Part shown: positions 50,257 to 62,644 of the stretch, one piece after another | Position numbering within the stretch: the stretch's first letter is position 1 | How the letters are laid out: every line of letters begins with the position of its first letter | From: Nymphaea colorata | Taxonomy: Eukaryota | Reading direction: 5' to 3' | NCBI RefSeq assembly: GCF_008831285.2 | Contig: NC_045138.2 | Span: 18,848,001 to 18,912,000, forward strand | Length of the DNA stretch: 64,000 bases | Program-made: the position numbers and the translations under genes | The notes under the pieces: model-generated | Database searches by the model: none | What the model was told of the DNA's origin: nothing | What the model saw: the letters and a program-made list of their open reading frames with translations, nothing else

Positions 50257-52689
50257 CGTGGCCCTGTTTGCAAATATCTATTATGTTTAAAATTTATATG
50301 CACATTTATTTGAAGTGAATTGATCAAATGAGTCTCTTTCTCTCTCCTCTTTATAAGGTACCCCAATCAAGCCAACGAAAAGAAAAAAAAAATTATAGGA
50401 AAGGAAAGATTGAGAAAAAGAGTGTGCCAAGAATAAATTTACCCATCTAAAGCCTCGCCGTTGACTAGAGAAAGAAAAGAAAATGAAAAAGGTAGTAGAT
50501 TTGGAAACGCTGGTTAATTTGAATACTAATTTATGTCTTAAAAGAAATAACTTTCAAATGATTGCACAAATAAAAATTGATACTAGTGTTGGATTAGGTC
50601 ACGCTCATGTTAGGGATGTTAATCTATCCTATTTGAATTAGATATCTGATGGAACCAGTCAAAAAAAAATAAAATATGACAAAAAATTTAATATCCAATT
50701 AAAAAATCTAATCAAATTCAAATTTAATAAATGGCATCGGATGGAATTCTAAAGGTCACCACCAAATTGCAGACTTATTTCAAAAGTTGAAAAAAAAGGA
50801 ATGATTAAAAGGGAATGAAAAGCGAGAACCCCTGCCCTCCTTGGCCTGTGACTCCATGTACGGTCACAAACAACCAATTTTATGGTTTAAGTTCATTTTT
50901 TTTTAAAAAAAACGAAAAACTAGCAGGATTCTGGATTGACCTTTGGGAGGAAAGGTCATGGGAAGCAGGGCAAATGCTTCTTGGAGAGAGGAACGCCATA
51001 TTCTGCTGCCATGGGCAGTCAGGGCAGACTTATGTTCAGTAACTGTAAATCTTCTAGGGAAGCTCTTAATCTCATATTTCTGATTCGGATACTTTAGCCT
51101 GACCTCTTAGGCTTCTGTTGAGCCTTCCTTCCTTTACTTTGGTGTTCCTTTTTTTTTTTTCTCTTCTATTTTGATGTTTCTGAACAGTTCTATTCTTTAT
51201 TATCTGCTAATAAAAGGGATGGAAGCCACCTCCCCGCAGCTTTGCAACACAAATGAATAATCTGCTTTGCATCCCAAATGAACAAAAGACATCCCCAACA
51301 AGAAGGTTTTCATATCTTTCTTGAGAAATTTATGAAGGATCGCCATTTACAAAAATCTGCGCAATATTTTGAAGGTTATATATCATTGCCAAACCGAGCC
51401 CTTGAGGGCACGTATCTACACGGAAGGCGCCTTTCGAGCCCTCCACTCTTGTGCCATAAAATACAAACTTCTCGCTAACCGAGCGATTCATTTGTTATAG
51501 TAAGAGGGGAGGGCTTGGAAGCAGCGCTCCTTGTACGGACATGCACGCCCAAGGGTTTATTGGGGTCCTGACAGTAGGTGGTAGGAAGTATCATCTTGAC
51601 CAGAAGCCTTTCTGCATTCGCAAGCTTCTTTACTGATGTTATCACTATGAAATACATATTGCTGATGCATATTGAGCAGAACTACATAAGCCTCTTAGCT
51701 TAAATTGTACAAAGAATATCTGGCCTCGGCAGATAGGAATTTCCACCTCTTAAGTTCTTATTGCATATGTTAATGTTTGATTTTCCAGTTCGAACGTATA
51801 AGCAATTTGAATACAGCATTAGCAAAAACAGAGCCATGCATCAGCCCTAATTCCATAATTATCCATAGAGAACTCTTTTATCAGATCTGCTAAAAAGATT
51901 AGAAGGAATGATTTAATGTAGTTACAGAAACTTCCGCATGGAAGCTGATTGCGGTACTGCAGTAGAAAGTCTGTCAAAATGTCAGATGGTTTACCTTTAT
52001 ATGTCTGCAATAAAAACCACTTAGCACTAGTTGGACCATTATTCTATGACATCATCTTTCTCCAACCTTTAGCAGCAATTTCTTTTCTCTTATTCCGTTG
52101 CAATTAAAGAGTCATCACCGACTCTTTAGATTCATCGAGAGAGCTCAAGCCCTTGTAAGCATTTCGTTATTAATTATAATTGTTTACCTGAAGCATGTTT
52201 ATGTTGATTATTTAATTTCAACGAGTGAACATGTTTAGTTGACTGGAGCTTTCCAAGTTAAAGTATTTGGGACACAAGACTTTCTAATTCTAATTTTCTT
52301 AGCATAAATTATTTGGGTTTGAGTCCACATTTTTTTCCTACAGTACTCCATTCCTAACGTCGTTTAAATGGGGAGCACCATGGAAAAAGGCCGCGAAGGA
52401 GAGGTCCAAGGGACTCCAAAATCTAAGGAGAGTTTGAGCGAATAACACAGAAGACGGGGATGTCGATTTCCTCGTTCCCCACATCAATTTAATTGACAAA
52501 ATGTATGACGCTCATGGTTGGAGATATCAGTTTCTATAATATATGCATTAGACTTGGTTATCATTTTCAATTTAATTTTTGGATGATCTGCATAGATTAG
52601 AAACATCACTTTCTATATCATACAGCCTTAGGTGTAAACCCCACGGTTTCGAAGTTTAATTAACTGTGACGAATAGTTCGCCGTAACTG

Positions 52690-52990
52690 TGATGCTTCCA
52701 TATTTTTCTGTTGTACCCAAAGTCTATTTAACTCCAGCCACACACCTATACATATTTTATACTGCCAAAGGCTTTCACAAAGCTCAACCGAGTACATCGT
52801 CAAGAAGTCCATGACTTCATTCACCATGGCATATCATTTTTTATACTTTAATATCTGGTGAACAAAGTTAGCAAAATCGAGGTTCCTCCTTCACTCAAAT
52901 TTCAAGTGTAAGTGTACCCTCGTCATGAAAAGGTACACAAGGGGACAAATTCTATATCAAGTAAACATTGCCATGCCGTAAGGTGATAAG
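52690..52990 (-). mobile_element. Possible CACTA (En/Spm) transposase remnant
   Basis: Minus-strand pieces CLLDIEF.P, FMTRVHLHLKFE and YAMVNEVMDFLTMY resemble Tnp2 motifs (CxLExxFPPSFF, MxHLxxHLxxE). Heavily degraded. Confidence 0.35.
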
Positions 52991-53419
52991 ACGATACAAA
53001 TTTAGCGATCACAAAATTTTTCCACTTAAAATTAGAAAAAAGGGAGTTAGATTTGTTACACTAGTTTTGTTTTAAGAAAATCTATAGTCCAAGGGGCAGC
53101 CGTTTGGCCGGTGAGAGTCAGTTTGTTAGTTTAATTTCCCATGGGTAGTGTGCATTATTGTTTTAGACTGTAAATGGTAGTAACGTGACACTTTAGTTGA
53201 CAGGTATGTATTCACCCTACTCTTACAGCAAACCTAATCCTTAGAGATAAGAAGAAGGAAGGGCTTCCCTTCTCCAAGTGGTGGGGTGGCGGCTTATGCT
53301 CACCAATACCTTATAAAATTAAGTTAACTAAAAGTCAATTTTGGCAACCCCCTCCCTTTCCTTTCCATTCCCATCACTGTTAGTGGTGGTATGTTGGTCT
53401 ATAATTTCAATATCATCCC

Positions 53420-53940
53420 ATTTACAAAGCCCACATCTCAATCTACTACTCAATATAGTAAGCAATATGGTTTCAGCTTAATCAGGATTTCAAGAAGATC
53501 TTAGTTAAGTGGGAGCTTTCACTCATCCCCAAATTTCTCGGGATCTTATACACGAAGGATTGGACATAACGAAGGATTGGACATACTTTGTCTGATCTCC
53601 CATGATGGGGGTGGAAATTGAAAGTGATGCTATTGGTGATTGTTCATCACATATCATCTTATCCATCCTTCCACCTCTCTTGGTCTTAGATAATTCATTG
53701 GCTGGCATTAGTTCTACAAAGGGAACTCTTCCTAGTATCGTCCCAGTCTCTATAAGGACCGGACATGTCAATAATTCAAATCCGATAAAATACTACAAGG
53801 TATTATAACTAAATATTATTAGAAAATGACCCATCCAATAAACTTATAGGTGTTCTTTCTAATAAATGTCGGGAGACGGATCCCTCAGCAACTTTGTATT
53901 GGACATCTATGTAGATGGGCCGTATAGCCAAAAAGGAATA
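53420..53940 (+). promoter_or_regulatory. Truncated copy of the beta-type upstream promoter block, cut just before the TATA box
   Basis: Collinear with 34790-35300 and 44490-44780 (gatctcccatgatgggg, aaatgacccatccaata, ttctaataaatg, cgtatagccaaaa), then interrupted by AT-rich MITE-like sequence. Confidence 0.6.
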
Positions 53941-54451
53941 GACCTTTTAAACTTGTGTTAACATATATTTTAAGTAAAATGTTAACGTCCTAGCGTATTC
54001 ATAACACTAATTTAATATAAATAATTTTTTAGTTCAAGTTATTTTATGTTTGTAAAAATTGTAATGTTTCCTACTATAAAAGTTTTGATGTTGATATTTT
54101 AAATTGCTAAAAAACATTATTAAAGTAAAATTATAAGTAATTTAATAAATGCTTCTCACCAAAATCGCTGTTAAGATCATATTTATAAAGTTACATTGCC
54201 AAAAAAAAACTTTAATAATTAGTTTTAATGTGTGATTTTTTATTCCTTAACCAAGTAGTTTGGTTTTACCCACTTGTGTGTGAATGGCTAGCATATTCAT
54301 AAGGGCCGTCCTATCCATCATAATATATAGTTGAGTAATTTTCAAAAGACAGTTACAAACAATTTCATTTGCCAAACGGATCCTGAATGTTGAATATGTG
54401 GGTTAAAGAAGCATTCTTTTACATCAAGGCTTTTGATAGGTTTACTTCCTT

Positions 54452-54454
54452 ATG

Positions 54455-54523
<69 letters not shown>
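54452..54523. repeat. Compound (TA)n(TG)n microsatellite
   Basis: Read directly. Confidence 0.95.
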
Positions 54524-54526
<3 letters not shown>

Positions 54527-56923
54527 CTACCATATACCAGAATAGTTAATTGCCATATGTCTAAAATTCAAAAATATCATACTTGAAAGACATAAAATGT
54601 TGTTTTACCATAATAGTAGCTAATACTAATTTACTGACTGATTTTTTGTTCCTTAATGACACATTTTAAATTTTAACTATCCGGCAAAATTTGACACACG
54701 GCAGAGCACACAGACAAACACACACATACACACACCATATAAGAAACGAGTTAATCTTCGCCTTATTAATATATCTTATGTACCAATTTTATGTGTGCTG
54801 CTTAGCTTTAAGATTGGCCATGTTCCCAATTTTCTCAGCTATGCACTACTCTGTTGAGGAGTTTGGTAACTGGAATACTAGAATGTAATGTTTGGTCAAA
54901 CTCAGAGAACATTGTGTTAGTGTTCTTACTGCCAAATATCCCTTCAAGTACTTTATGTTTTCATAATGGTCCTATTTATAAATTAATAGAACAATCTCAA
55001 TGTACTTCAATCTTAATTTTTTTTAGTTGTAACGTTCTTAATATTTCATCTTGGAAATGTCTTCACCTTAGTTGTATGTGGTGCAAAGTTCTGAAAGAAG
55101 ACATCTTTCTTAACTTTCGGGAAAACTTTGGAAAAGAATTGATGTCTTTTTCGTCTATTTGTCTTGAATACTTTACTGATATTATTATTAGTATTTTGAA
55201 AAAAAAAAATCAGAGGTACCATGTATCATGTTATAATATTTTTATTATGTGAAAATTTTCTTTTTTTTTACATAAGATTGTTCGTGTATGAGCTGTTATA
55301 ATTAAATATGTCCTTACAAGTACCAGCATTTGTTGCTAAAACTGTTCCCGTTGCTATACCATAAATTGTCGCTAATACTTACAACAATTTTTAATTATTT
55401 AGCCAGCCAAATAAAACGCGTACGGCTGGCTGATTATATGGGTACTATACTTTTGAACTTTGTGTGGATATTGAACTTCTTAGTTTTTATTTTAATTATA
55501 TGTTTTTCTTCCAGGAAACACCTTTATTAAGCTTGTTTATTCGACAAAAAAAAATTAATATATATAGAGTAAAAAATGATCCTGAAACCCTTTTCAAATA
55601 TCAGATTGTTTCCGTTTATATTTCTGCAATAGACACCACGTACCACTGTCTGGACCTTTGTTCCTTGTCATCATCTTTCTCCCTCTTATTTCCGTTGTCA
55701 ATGTCCTTTCTAATGGGGGACACCATTGATGTGGAAAAAGGCCACGAAGCAGAGGTCCAAATCTAAGGAAACTTTGAGCGAATAATACCAAAAGCCGAAG
55801 ACTGGGGATGTCGCGTTTGCTTGTTGCTGTGAAGAAAAGTCATAGCCGCCGGATCTTATTAGACTTGAATGAGAAAAAGCTAGTGGTAAGCGTTCTAGAA
55901 AAGAAAAATCATTAATTCGCTTGATCCAATACTGAAAATGTCTTTTTTAATGGGGATATCTCACCATTCCCTGTGATAAAAGGTCATGAAAAACGTATCC
56001 AAACGAATGACACCAAAAGCCCAAGGCGGAGTTGAAGTGCATCTTTGCAAAATCTTACAATGGACAATGAAAAATTTTCCGAGGACCATAGTGTAGTTGG
56101 TCATGCGTGTAAGAAACCAATCCTTAGTTAACACTCTAATTGATAGGTATAACATGACTCTACTTAGGTTTTGAAGCCACCCCACACCCTCAAGGCATAG
56201 TCATATTAAAACTACTAAATCAATGTCTAAAATTCTCAGTCTACAGCTCTCAGTCTACAGCTCTAAGCAATTAAATAATATTCATGATTTTAGGAAAAAC
56301 CTTCATGAGTTTTTTATCAAATCGGCCTTTGCACAGTACCCCCAAAGATCCGAAAATCTGGAAAATGATTCCAAAGACTATTTTCAGAATCACCTAACCT
56401 ATCCTTCTGCACACCTTTACTCATGTAGTTATTATTATCAATGTCACTTCATAGCTGCAGACCACACCATCCCAAACAGTGTCGCCCCTTGCTGACGCAA
56501 TACAGAGTTGCACATAGAGAAAGGACCAAATGAAAGAGAATAAATTTCAAACGAACTGCACATAGAGGAAGCTTAGGAGAAACTTGAATACGTAATCAGA
56601 TGTTTAGAGAACTTTGTTTCCTACCTTCTCAAGTTTTCCGTGTAATTTAGTTCAGAAATGAGAAGTCACATTGCCATTTACCGCCAATTGTTTGGCGAAG
56701 TTCTTTCTTTCTTTTGCAGAAAATGAGATTGGCTTTAGGGCAAGTTCTCTATAAACAGCTTGTAAGTGTTTGGCTTCCTCATATCACAAGAAAGCACGAT
56801 CGGTGTTTATTGTTTCTCCAATAATTCTCCTCTCTTCTCATGTGGCCTTGCCTACCACACTTTTCCATATAGCTTCTCTTTCATTTGTTTTGGCTAAGTC
56901 TTCTACTTTTACTGTCTTTTTTC

Positions 56924-58366
56924 ATGATGATCATGACACAGAGAAATGCAGCAACAACTTCGGAAGAGAAGAAGGAGGACAAGGACTCGTGGGTAGTTGT
57001 CATCCAACAAAATTTCGAGTTGTATAACCCATCTGCATATCACACAAAGTTGGCGAAGAGGTCCATCTACAAATGGCCTAACGACCTTGTCGTTGCATCA
57101 GACTTCATCTGGTATCACACCCCTCAATTGGCATCCTTTGGTCCTTACCACCATGGGAAGAAGCACTTACAGCCCATGGAGCATCACAAGGAAAGGGCTC
57201 TATATAGGATCCTAAAGAGGAGCAAGGCTTCACTCTCTAATTTTGTGAACTCCTTGAGGCAAGTAGAGCAAGAACTTAGTGACAGCTATGATGATCTGGA
57301 TCACCAATTGTCGTCATATCCGTTTCTAAAAATGATGCTGCTTGATGGATGCTTCATCCTTGAACTCCTACTTAGTGATGGCCAGCCAAATGAAAATAGT
57401 TCCGACACCTATGAGCCCATCTTCAGAACAGACGGGAAGCTCACAAATACTGTGGCTTTTCAAGACATGTTGTTGCTAGAAAACCAAATCCCACTCCTTG
57501 TCCTAAGAAAATTGTTAGAGGTGGTGGAGAGGAGAGAGATCAAAGATGATGCATATCTCGATTGCTTGATCTGCAATTTTTATGAATTCAAATCCATGCC
57601 CATTGACAGACCTGGTTTACATGTTTTAGATGTTTACAGGAAGTGCTTGATAATGGACAGCACAACGGAAGAACAGACAACCCCTTCTGTAGGCTTTATC
57701 AAGTCTGTTTTCTTGCAATGTGAACCATGGCTGTATGCCATCAGCCAAGGAATTAAGCGTATTCTTCTCGCCATCCCCATCTTGGTCTTTAGGCTCTTAA
57801 GCAAACAAATTTCCAAACCAGGAAACATGCGATCAGCAATGAGGTTTCACGAAGCAGGCATTGAGTTCAAAAAAGGGAACAATAGCGGGCTAAAAATTTC
57901 TTTTGATGAAAAACACGGGGTGCTCACTCTTCCATACATCAGCATAGAAGACCACACCGCAGCAATTTACATGAACTTGATGGCCTTCGAACGGATGCAC
58001 CCAAAAATTCAAAATCATGAGGTGACAACATATATCTCCTTCATGGACGACTTGATAGACACTGCTGAGGACGTTAGTCTGCTGTGCTCTCGAGGGATCG
58101 TAAGGAACCTTCTTGGCAGTGACGAGGATGCTGCCAAAGTCTTCAACAAGTTGGGCGATGGCATGACATTCACCCCAGATGAAGAACTCTATGAAGATTT
58201 GCAGTCTTATGTTGCCTCAGACTGGAATGCGGCAAGAGCATATTTGAAGCGAAACTACTTCCAAAACCCATGGTCTATTCTGTCTCTACTTGCGGCCATT
58301 GCCTTACTGCTTTTAACATTTATTCAGACACTATTTTCTGTGTTGGCGGTGACGAAGGGCAAGTGA
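56924..58366 (+). CDS. DUF247 protein, copy I (subtype beta), intact, about 480 aa
   Basis: Uninterrupted ORF; the track start at 56885 is a TTG and the first ATG is at 56924. All DUF247 motifs and a C-terminal TM helix (YFQNPWSILSLLAAIALLLLTFIQTLFSVL) are present. Confidence 0.95.
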   Translation: MMIMTQRNAATTSEEKKEDKDSWVVVIQQNFELYNPSAYHTKLAKRSIYKWPNDLVVASDFIWYHTPQLASFGPYHHGKKHLQPMEHHKERALYRILKRSKASLSNFVNSLRQVEQELSDSYDDLDHQLSSYPFLKMMLLDGCFILELLLSDGQPNENSSDTYEPIFRTDGKLTNTVAFQDMLLLENQIPLLVLRKLLEVVERREIKDDAYLDCLICNFYEFKSMPIDRPGLHVLDVYRKCLIMDSTTEEQTTPSVGFIKSVFLQCEPWLYAISQGIKRILLAIPILVFRLLSKQISKPGNMRSAMRFHEAGIEFKKGNNSGLKISFDEKHGVLTLPYISIEDHTAAIYMNLMAFERMHPKIQNHEVTTYISFMDDLIDTAEDVSLLCSRGIVRNLLGSDEDAAKVFNKLGDGMTFTPDEELYEDLQSYVASDWNAARAYLKRNYFQNPWSILSLLAAIALLLLTFIQTLFSVLAVTKGK

Positions 58367-59689
58367 TATTATCTATTCCTAAGTTCACCTTTTGATGTAT
58401 TCTTGTTTCCAAAACTATGGTCTTATAGGGAATTGCTAAAAGGGAGACTGAAAATATATAACTTCGTCTATGTTGTGCGTCGTGGCTTGTTTGGTGAACA
58501 TCAGTGTTTTAAATCATTGAAGTTTCATGATTAAGTGATTTCTTTGATCTGAAACCGTAGGATGTTACCGATAATCAAAGCTGGTTATGTAGACACCTTT
58601 GTATATGCATAAACGTTAAAATGCCATATTAAAGTGAGAAAGGAAGATTTTTTTAAGGATAAAATGGAAATTATGTAAATATTAAAAGACTAAAATGTAA
58701 GTAGCTTTAAAAAAAAAAATTAATGCCACTGCCTCCTTGTTTTTCCTTGGTGCATATTTGTTCTCAATCTCACTGATAATAAGAGTTTTCGTGTTTCAAC
58801 AAAATATACGGCCGTTATCTTCAATAATTGTACTTGTGCACGTGATCATGTCTATTCTTTTTAAAAATTATACATACACTTATTTCAAGTGAGTTGGTCG
58901 GGTGAGTCTCTTTCTCTCTCCCCTTTATAAGATTTTTGAATAAAGCAGAGCCCCAATCAAGAACAAAACGAAAATAAAAAAATTTTTATGGGAAAGGAAA
59001 AATCAAGAAAAAGGAAGAGTGCCAAGAATAAATTTACTTATATGAAGCCTCCACTATAATAAGCTACTGAAAGTGGCAGAGCAAGAAATTTAAAGTAGAA
59101 GAGGCAGAAAAAGCACACATAATATTATGAGTAATTGCATTTCCAATAATCAATCTAACTCATAAACAAGCAAAAACTTTGTAACTCACACAGATGTTTA
59201 CTCGGAACTTTTTCTTAGCGATGGGGCAAAACCGACGAGCTTAATCTACCATTCACATTAGCGGCGGCCACCACCAGCTCCACAAAGCCACTGATGGGGA
59301 GGCCGGCCTATGCCAAAAGGCAGTCTCCTTTAGCAACAGGGAGAAAACCCCGCAAAAAGATCTTTGGCCTAGGCTCTTCTGGGCATTATTCCTATGCCAA
59401 GTTTTACCATTGGAACTACTGAAAATGGTGTACTGTCAACAAGTCTTAATCCTGATTTTAATGCCGGGAAGAAATCAGATCGATTGCTTTTAGGATGACT
59501 TACGGGATCTCTGTCTTAAGAGGTGTTGCATTAGTATAGAAGACCTTAGTAGCAACATTTGCACGGAAGTCAAAAAAGAGACATTTTCTATTGAATAGGA
59601 AATTCCATACATATCCAAAACAAGATAGGTTCATTACCGAGTGCATCTCAAGTTTATTTGTGATGAAATTGCTGCAATAGGTAATTTTA

Positions 59690-60110
59690 GGCCTCGGCAT
59701 CGGGTCAGCTGGATATTAGAAAATTGAGTTCGGGCCTGCCCCCATACCTGACATTCAAGCCCTGGTTTGATTTGATTAAAATAAAAAAAAAATATTTTTT
59801 GAAATGTAAAATAAAAATTTTTAAATATAAATTATATTTTTAATAATAAAATATATATCATTATTAAATAAAAATATAAAAAATAAATTGGGTCGAATCG
59901 GACCCTGTCGAACCGGCTGACCGGTTTGGGCTGATTTTTTCAAAAACTTATCAATTCGACCAATTTATTTTTTATATTTTTTATTTTATTAATAATATAT
60001 ATTTTATTATTAAAATATATTTTATATTCAAAAAAAATATTTTATATTTAAAATACATATATTTTTTAACAGAGTAGGGTCGCGCTGGCTCAAGCTCAAA
60101 TTTCGAGCAA
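59690..60110. mobile_element. Fold-back MITE-like element with a long AT-rich inverted repeat
   Basis: aatataaaaaataaattgggtcgaat (~59873-59898) pairs with attcgaccaatttattttttatatt (~59954-59978), and imperfect pairing extends about 100 nt outward. Confidence 0.6.
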
Positions 60111-60219
60111 ATGGTTAGCCCACAAATGGTTAGCCCATGCCCTGGACTTTAACCATCAACCTCCTAACATACCAACAACTCCTCCTCTGCTAATTGAATC
60201 TTCACCACCTACTCAACCA

Positions 60220-60900
60220 CCTCCATGCCATGACCACTAGATCCAAATCTGAAATAGTAAAACCAAATCCAAAATATGCGTTAAAGATGAGATGATGAGA
60301 TGGTGGTCGTACAAGCAAACATTACTCGAATTTTCTTGCCAAAAAATCCACACGTGCACTGGGCACTGGCAGTCGATGCGTATTCAAAACAAAACTAAGA
60401 AGTGATGGGACATTGAAACCACTCAAGGCTCTTGTAGTGACTCAAAGATACAGTCAATTGGCCTTTCACTAGTTTTAAGTATTGCTTTTGCTCATGATTG
60501 GCCTCTCAATGTAAAAGATGTTTTTTTAAATGCAATTGAGCTACTTCAGGGTTCAAAGATGCCACCCTATGGACTCAAACAAGCTTCGAAAGATGCAAAC
60601 TTGGTACGATTGGTTTTTAAAATTTCTATTGAGCATGAGATTGAGGGTCACCATGTCCAACTCATTTCTCAAGATAATATTGTCAGTCTTCTCTTACTTT
60701 TCGTTGACTAATCATTATTACAGAATGTTTAAATGAGTTTATTAAACGAAGTAAGGCGAATATTTTTTCCTTGAGATTCAACTTCAAAGGGCATCACAAC
60801 AAAAATATGCTAACGACATCATTTGTCGAGTAAAAGTGAAGATCTCATCGTGGTTAAAATCGAAGACAATGAAAGAAGAATCATGATCGTTTTGAGTACA
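60220..60900 (+). mobile_element. Ty1/copia pol remnant
   Basis: HAMTTRSKSEIVKPNPKYA (like the HxMxTRxK linker motif), followed by degraded RT-like pieces around 60400-60620 (DGTL, AHDWPL, YGLKQAS). Confidence 0.7.
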
Positions 60901-62644
60901 AAATTTCTCCTATTGATCATTTTTTTCATGTTATCTTCCTCTCCCCCCCCCCCCCCCATCAACCACCGCTTTTTTTTTTTTTTACCCTGACGAAGCAACC
61001 GGTGATGCCGACAACAGTGTTGTGAAAGCAGTTTCTGTATGGCTGCTGATGCGGTTAATTATCAGCCGATTCGCTGAATCATCTGAATCATTGCAAATCA
61101 GTAAGTAAATAAACAAAACCGTTTATAAAAAAATTAAACAAAAATTATCAAAGTTAACTAAAAGCATGAAAATTCTTAAAATATTAATTTAGAAAAAGTT
61201 AAGAGTTAATATTAGGCTTAGGCACCCTTAAATCAGTTGTATGATCTACAAAAAAATTTTTGGAGTGGGGTTCATTAGCAGATTTTTATATTAAAATGGA
61301 CACTTATATACTAAATATTTGAAGATATTAATGTGAAAATAAAGAAACGTTGAGAAGCTGGGCAGTTGCTCACACCAGCTCATATGTGACTTGCCACCGC
61401 CTTAAATCATACCAGCTCATACCGTTTTTTGCCGATTCTAACAACATTGGTTAACACAGCCTTTCAGTGCTTGCTTCTTTTTGAGATGTATTAACACAAC
61501 ACTCGACCGCAAACGGGCTGATTTCGATACGGTTCTGCATATGGACCAGTTTGGATCAGATTTTTTTTATCCGAAATAAACGGGTCCGTCATCTTTACAT
61601 TTACATGGTCATAGATGACACTTTTTTTTACTGACGTTTATAAAAAGCCCAAGTAAAAGTTTTACTGCCGCTTTGGTTATTTTTACAAAACCCCTTTTTA
61701 TAGTGATTCCAATTGTATCTGCGTATAGTTTATGTTGGATACGAATTTTGATGTTGAAGTTGGATTTGAATCGTTCAGTACGTAAAGACGGATTTGGTTA
61801 GAATCTGGACGAAAATCCGTTTCACCGGTTGGACATGGGAAAAAATCCGTTTTGCATAGTTCCAGATATGATATCCTAAGTTTTCTGAATGTATTTCTTT
61901 GGGATACAGATACAGCAGCATCCGTTGCAAATTCTTTCTGCAGACAACAATTCTTATGGCAATATCTTCATTATTAATTTCTGTGCCTTTTTTATTTATT
62001 AATTCTCATCTTTAACATTGAAAGGATTTTTTAATGTTATAAAGTTCATAAAAATCTCTTTACTGGTTAAAATTTTAAGAACTCTTGTCCTACTTCTTAA
62101 AGGCCGACGTTAGAAAGTTTTCGAAACCAAAACCTGAACACTCAAAAAATTGCCACCCAAATGAACTTTTCATGCCCTTTGACCTATGCAATGTAAATGT
62201 TTGTTGAGTATCTAATGTTTTCTAACCTGAATTTAACTAATTTCAAATTTTCCTATATAAAATTGAAAAATTGGGTCCATCTGATAAACGAATCTTGCTT
62301 TCTAATATTTTCTGAACGTAACCAGCCCCCCGACATTTTTTCGGTATTTTATCAGGAAATTATTTATTTTCTCATCTGAAAAATAAAATAAAATAAATAT
62401 ATCGAAGACGATCAGTTGCTATGTACCACTTACACTACAGAACAACTAAAATGCCCGCTCATAACAAGCTATTTAGGATTGATAATACAACCAATTCTAG
62501 ATCTACACACAAAGAATTTTTGCTTCCCAACACATGGAAACGCCAAAACAATCCCAACTCCTACAACTCAACACCTTCATGAAAGTGCATTTTACAACCA
62601 CACACATACCAAGAATACGACCCACGAGTACACGCTTCATTAAT

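Noticed and set aside
44024..55791. Repeated small ORF MVLFAQS.LRFGPLLRGLFPHQWCPP (44024-44296 and 55594-55791) as a conserved peptide gene
   Set aside because: The identity reflects recent segmental duplication next to a LINE remnant. Older copies at ~15400-15600 and ~52350-52460 do not keep the frame.
55961..56185. Possible gypsy integrase remnant (CKILQ...PPWAFGVIRLD)
   Set aside because: Resemblance to the PWPF..WGLD motif is too short and degenerate to call without a search.
56885..56923. Apparent N-terminal signal peptide MFWLSLLLLLSFF on copy I
   Set aside because: It starts at a TTG in pyrimidine-rich leader or intron-end sequence. The first ATG is at 56924 and most paralogues have no such peptide.
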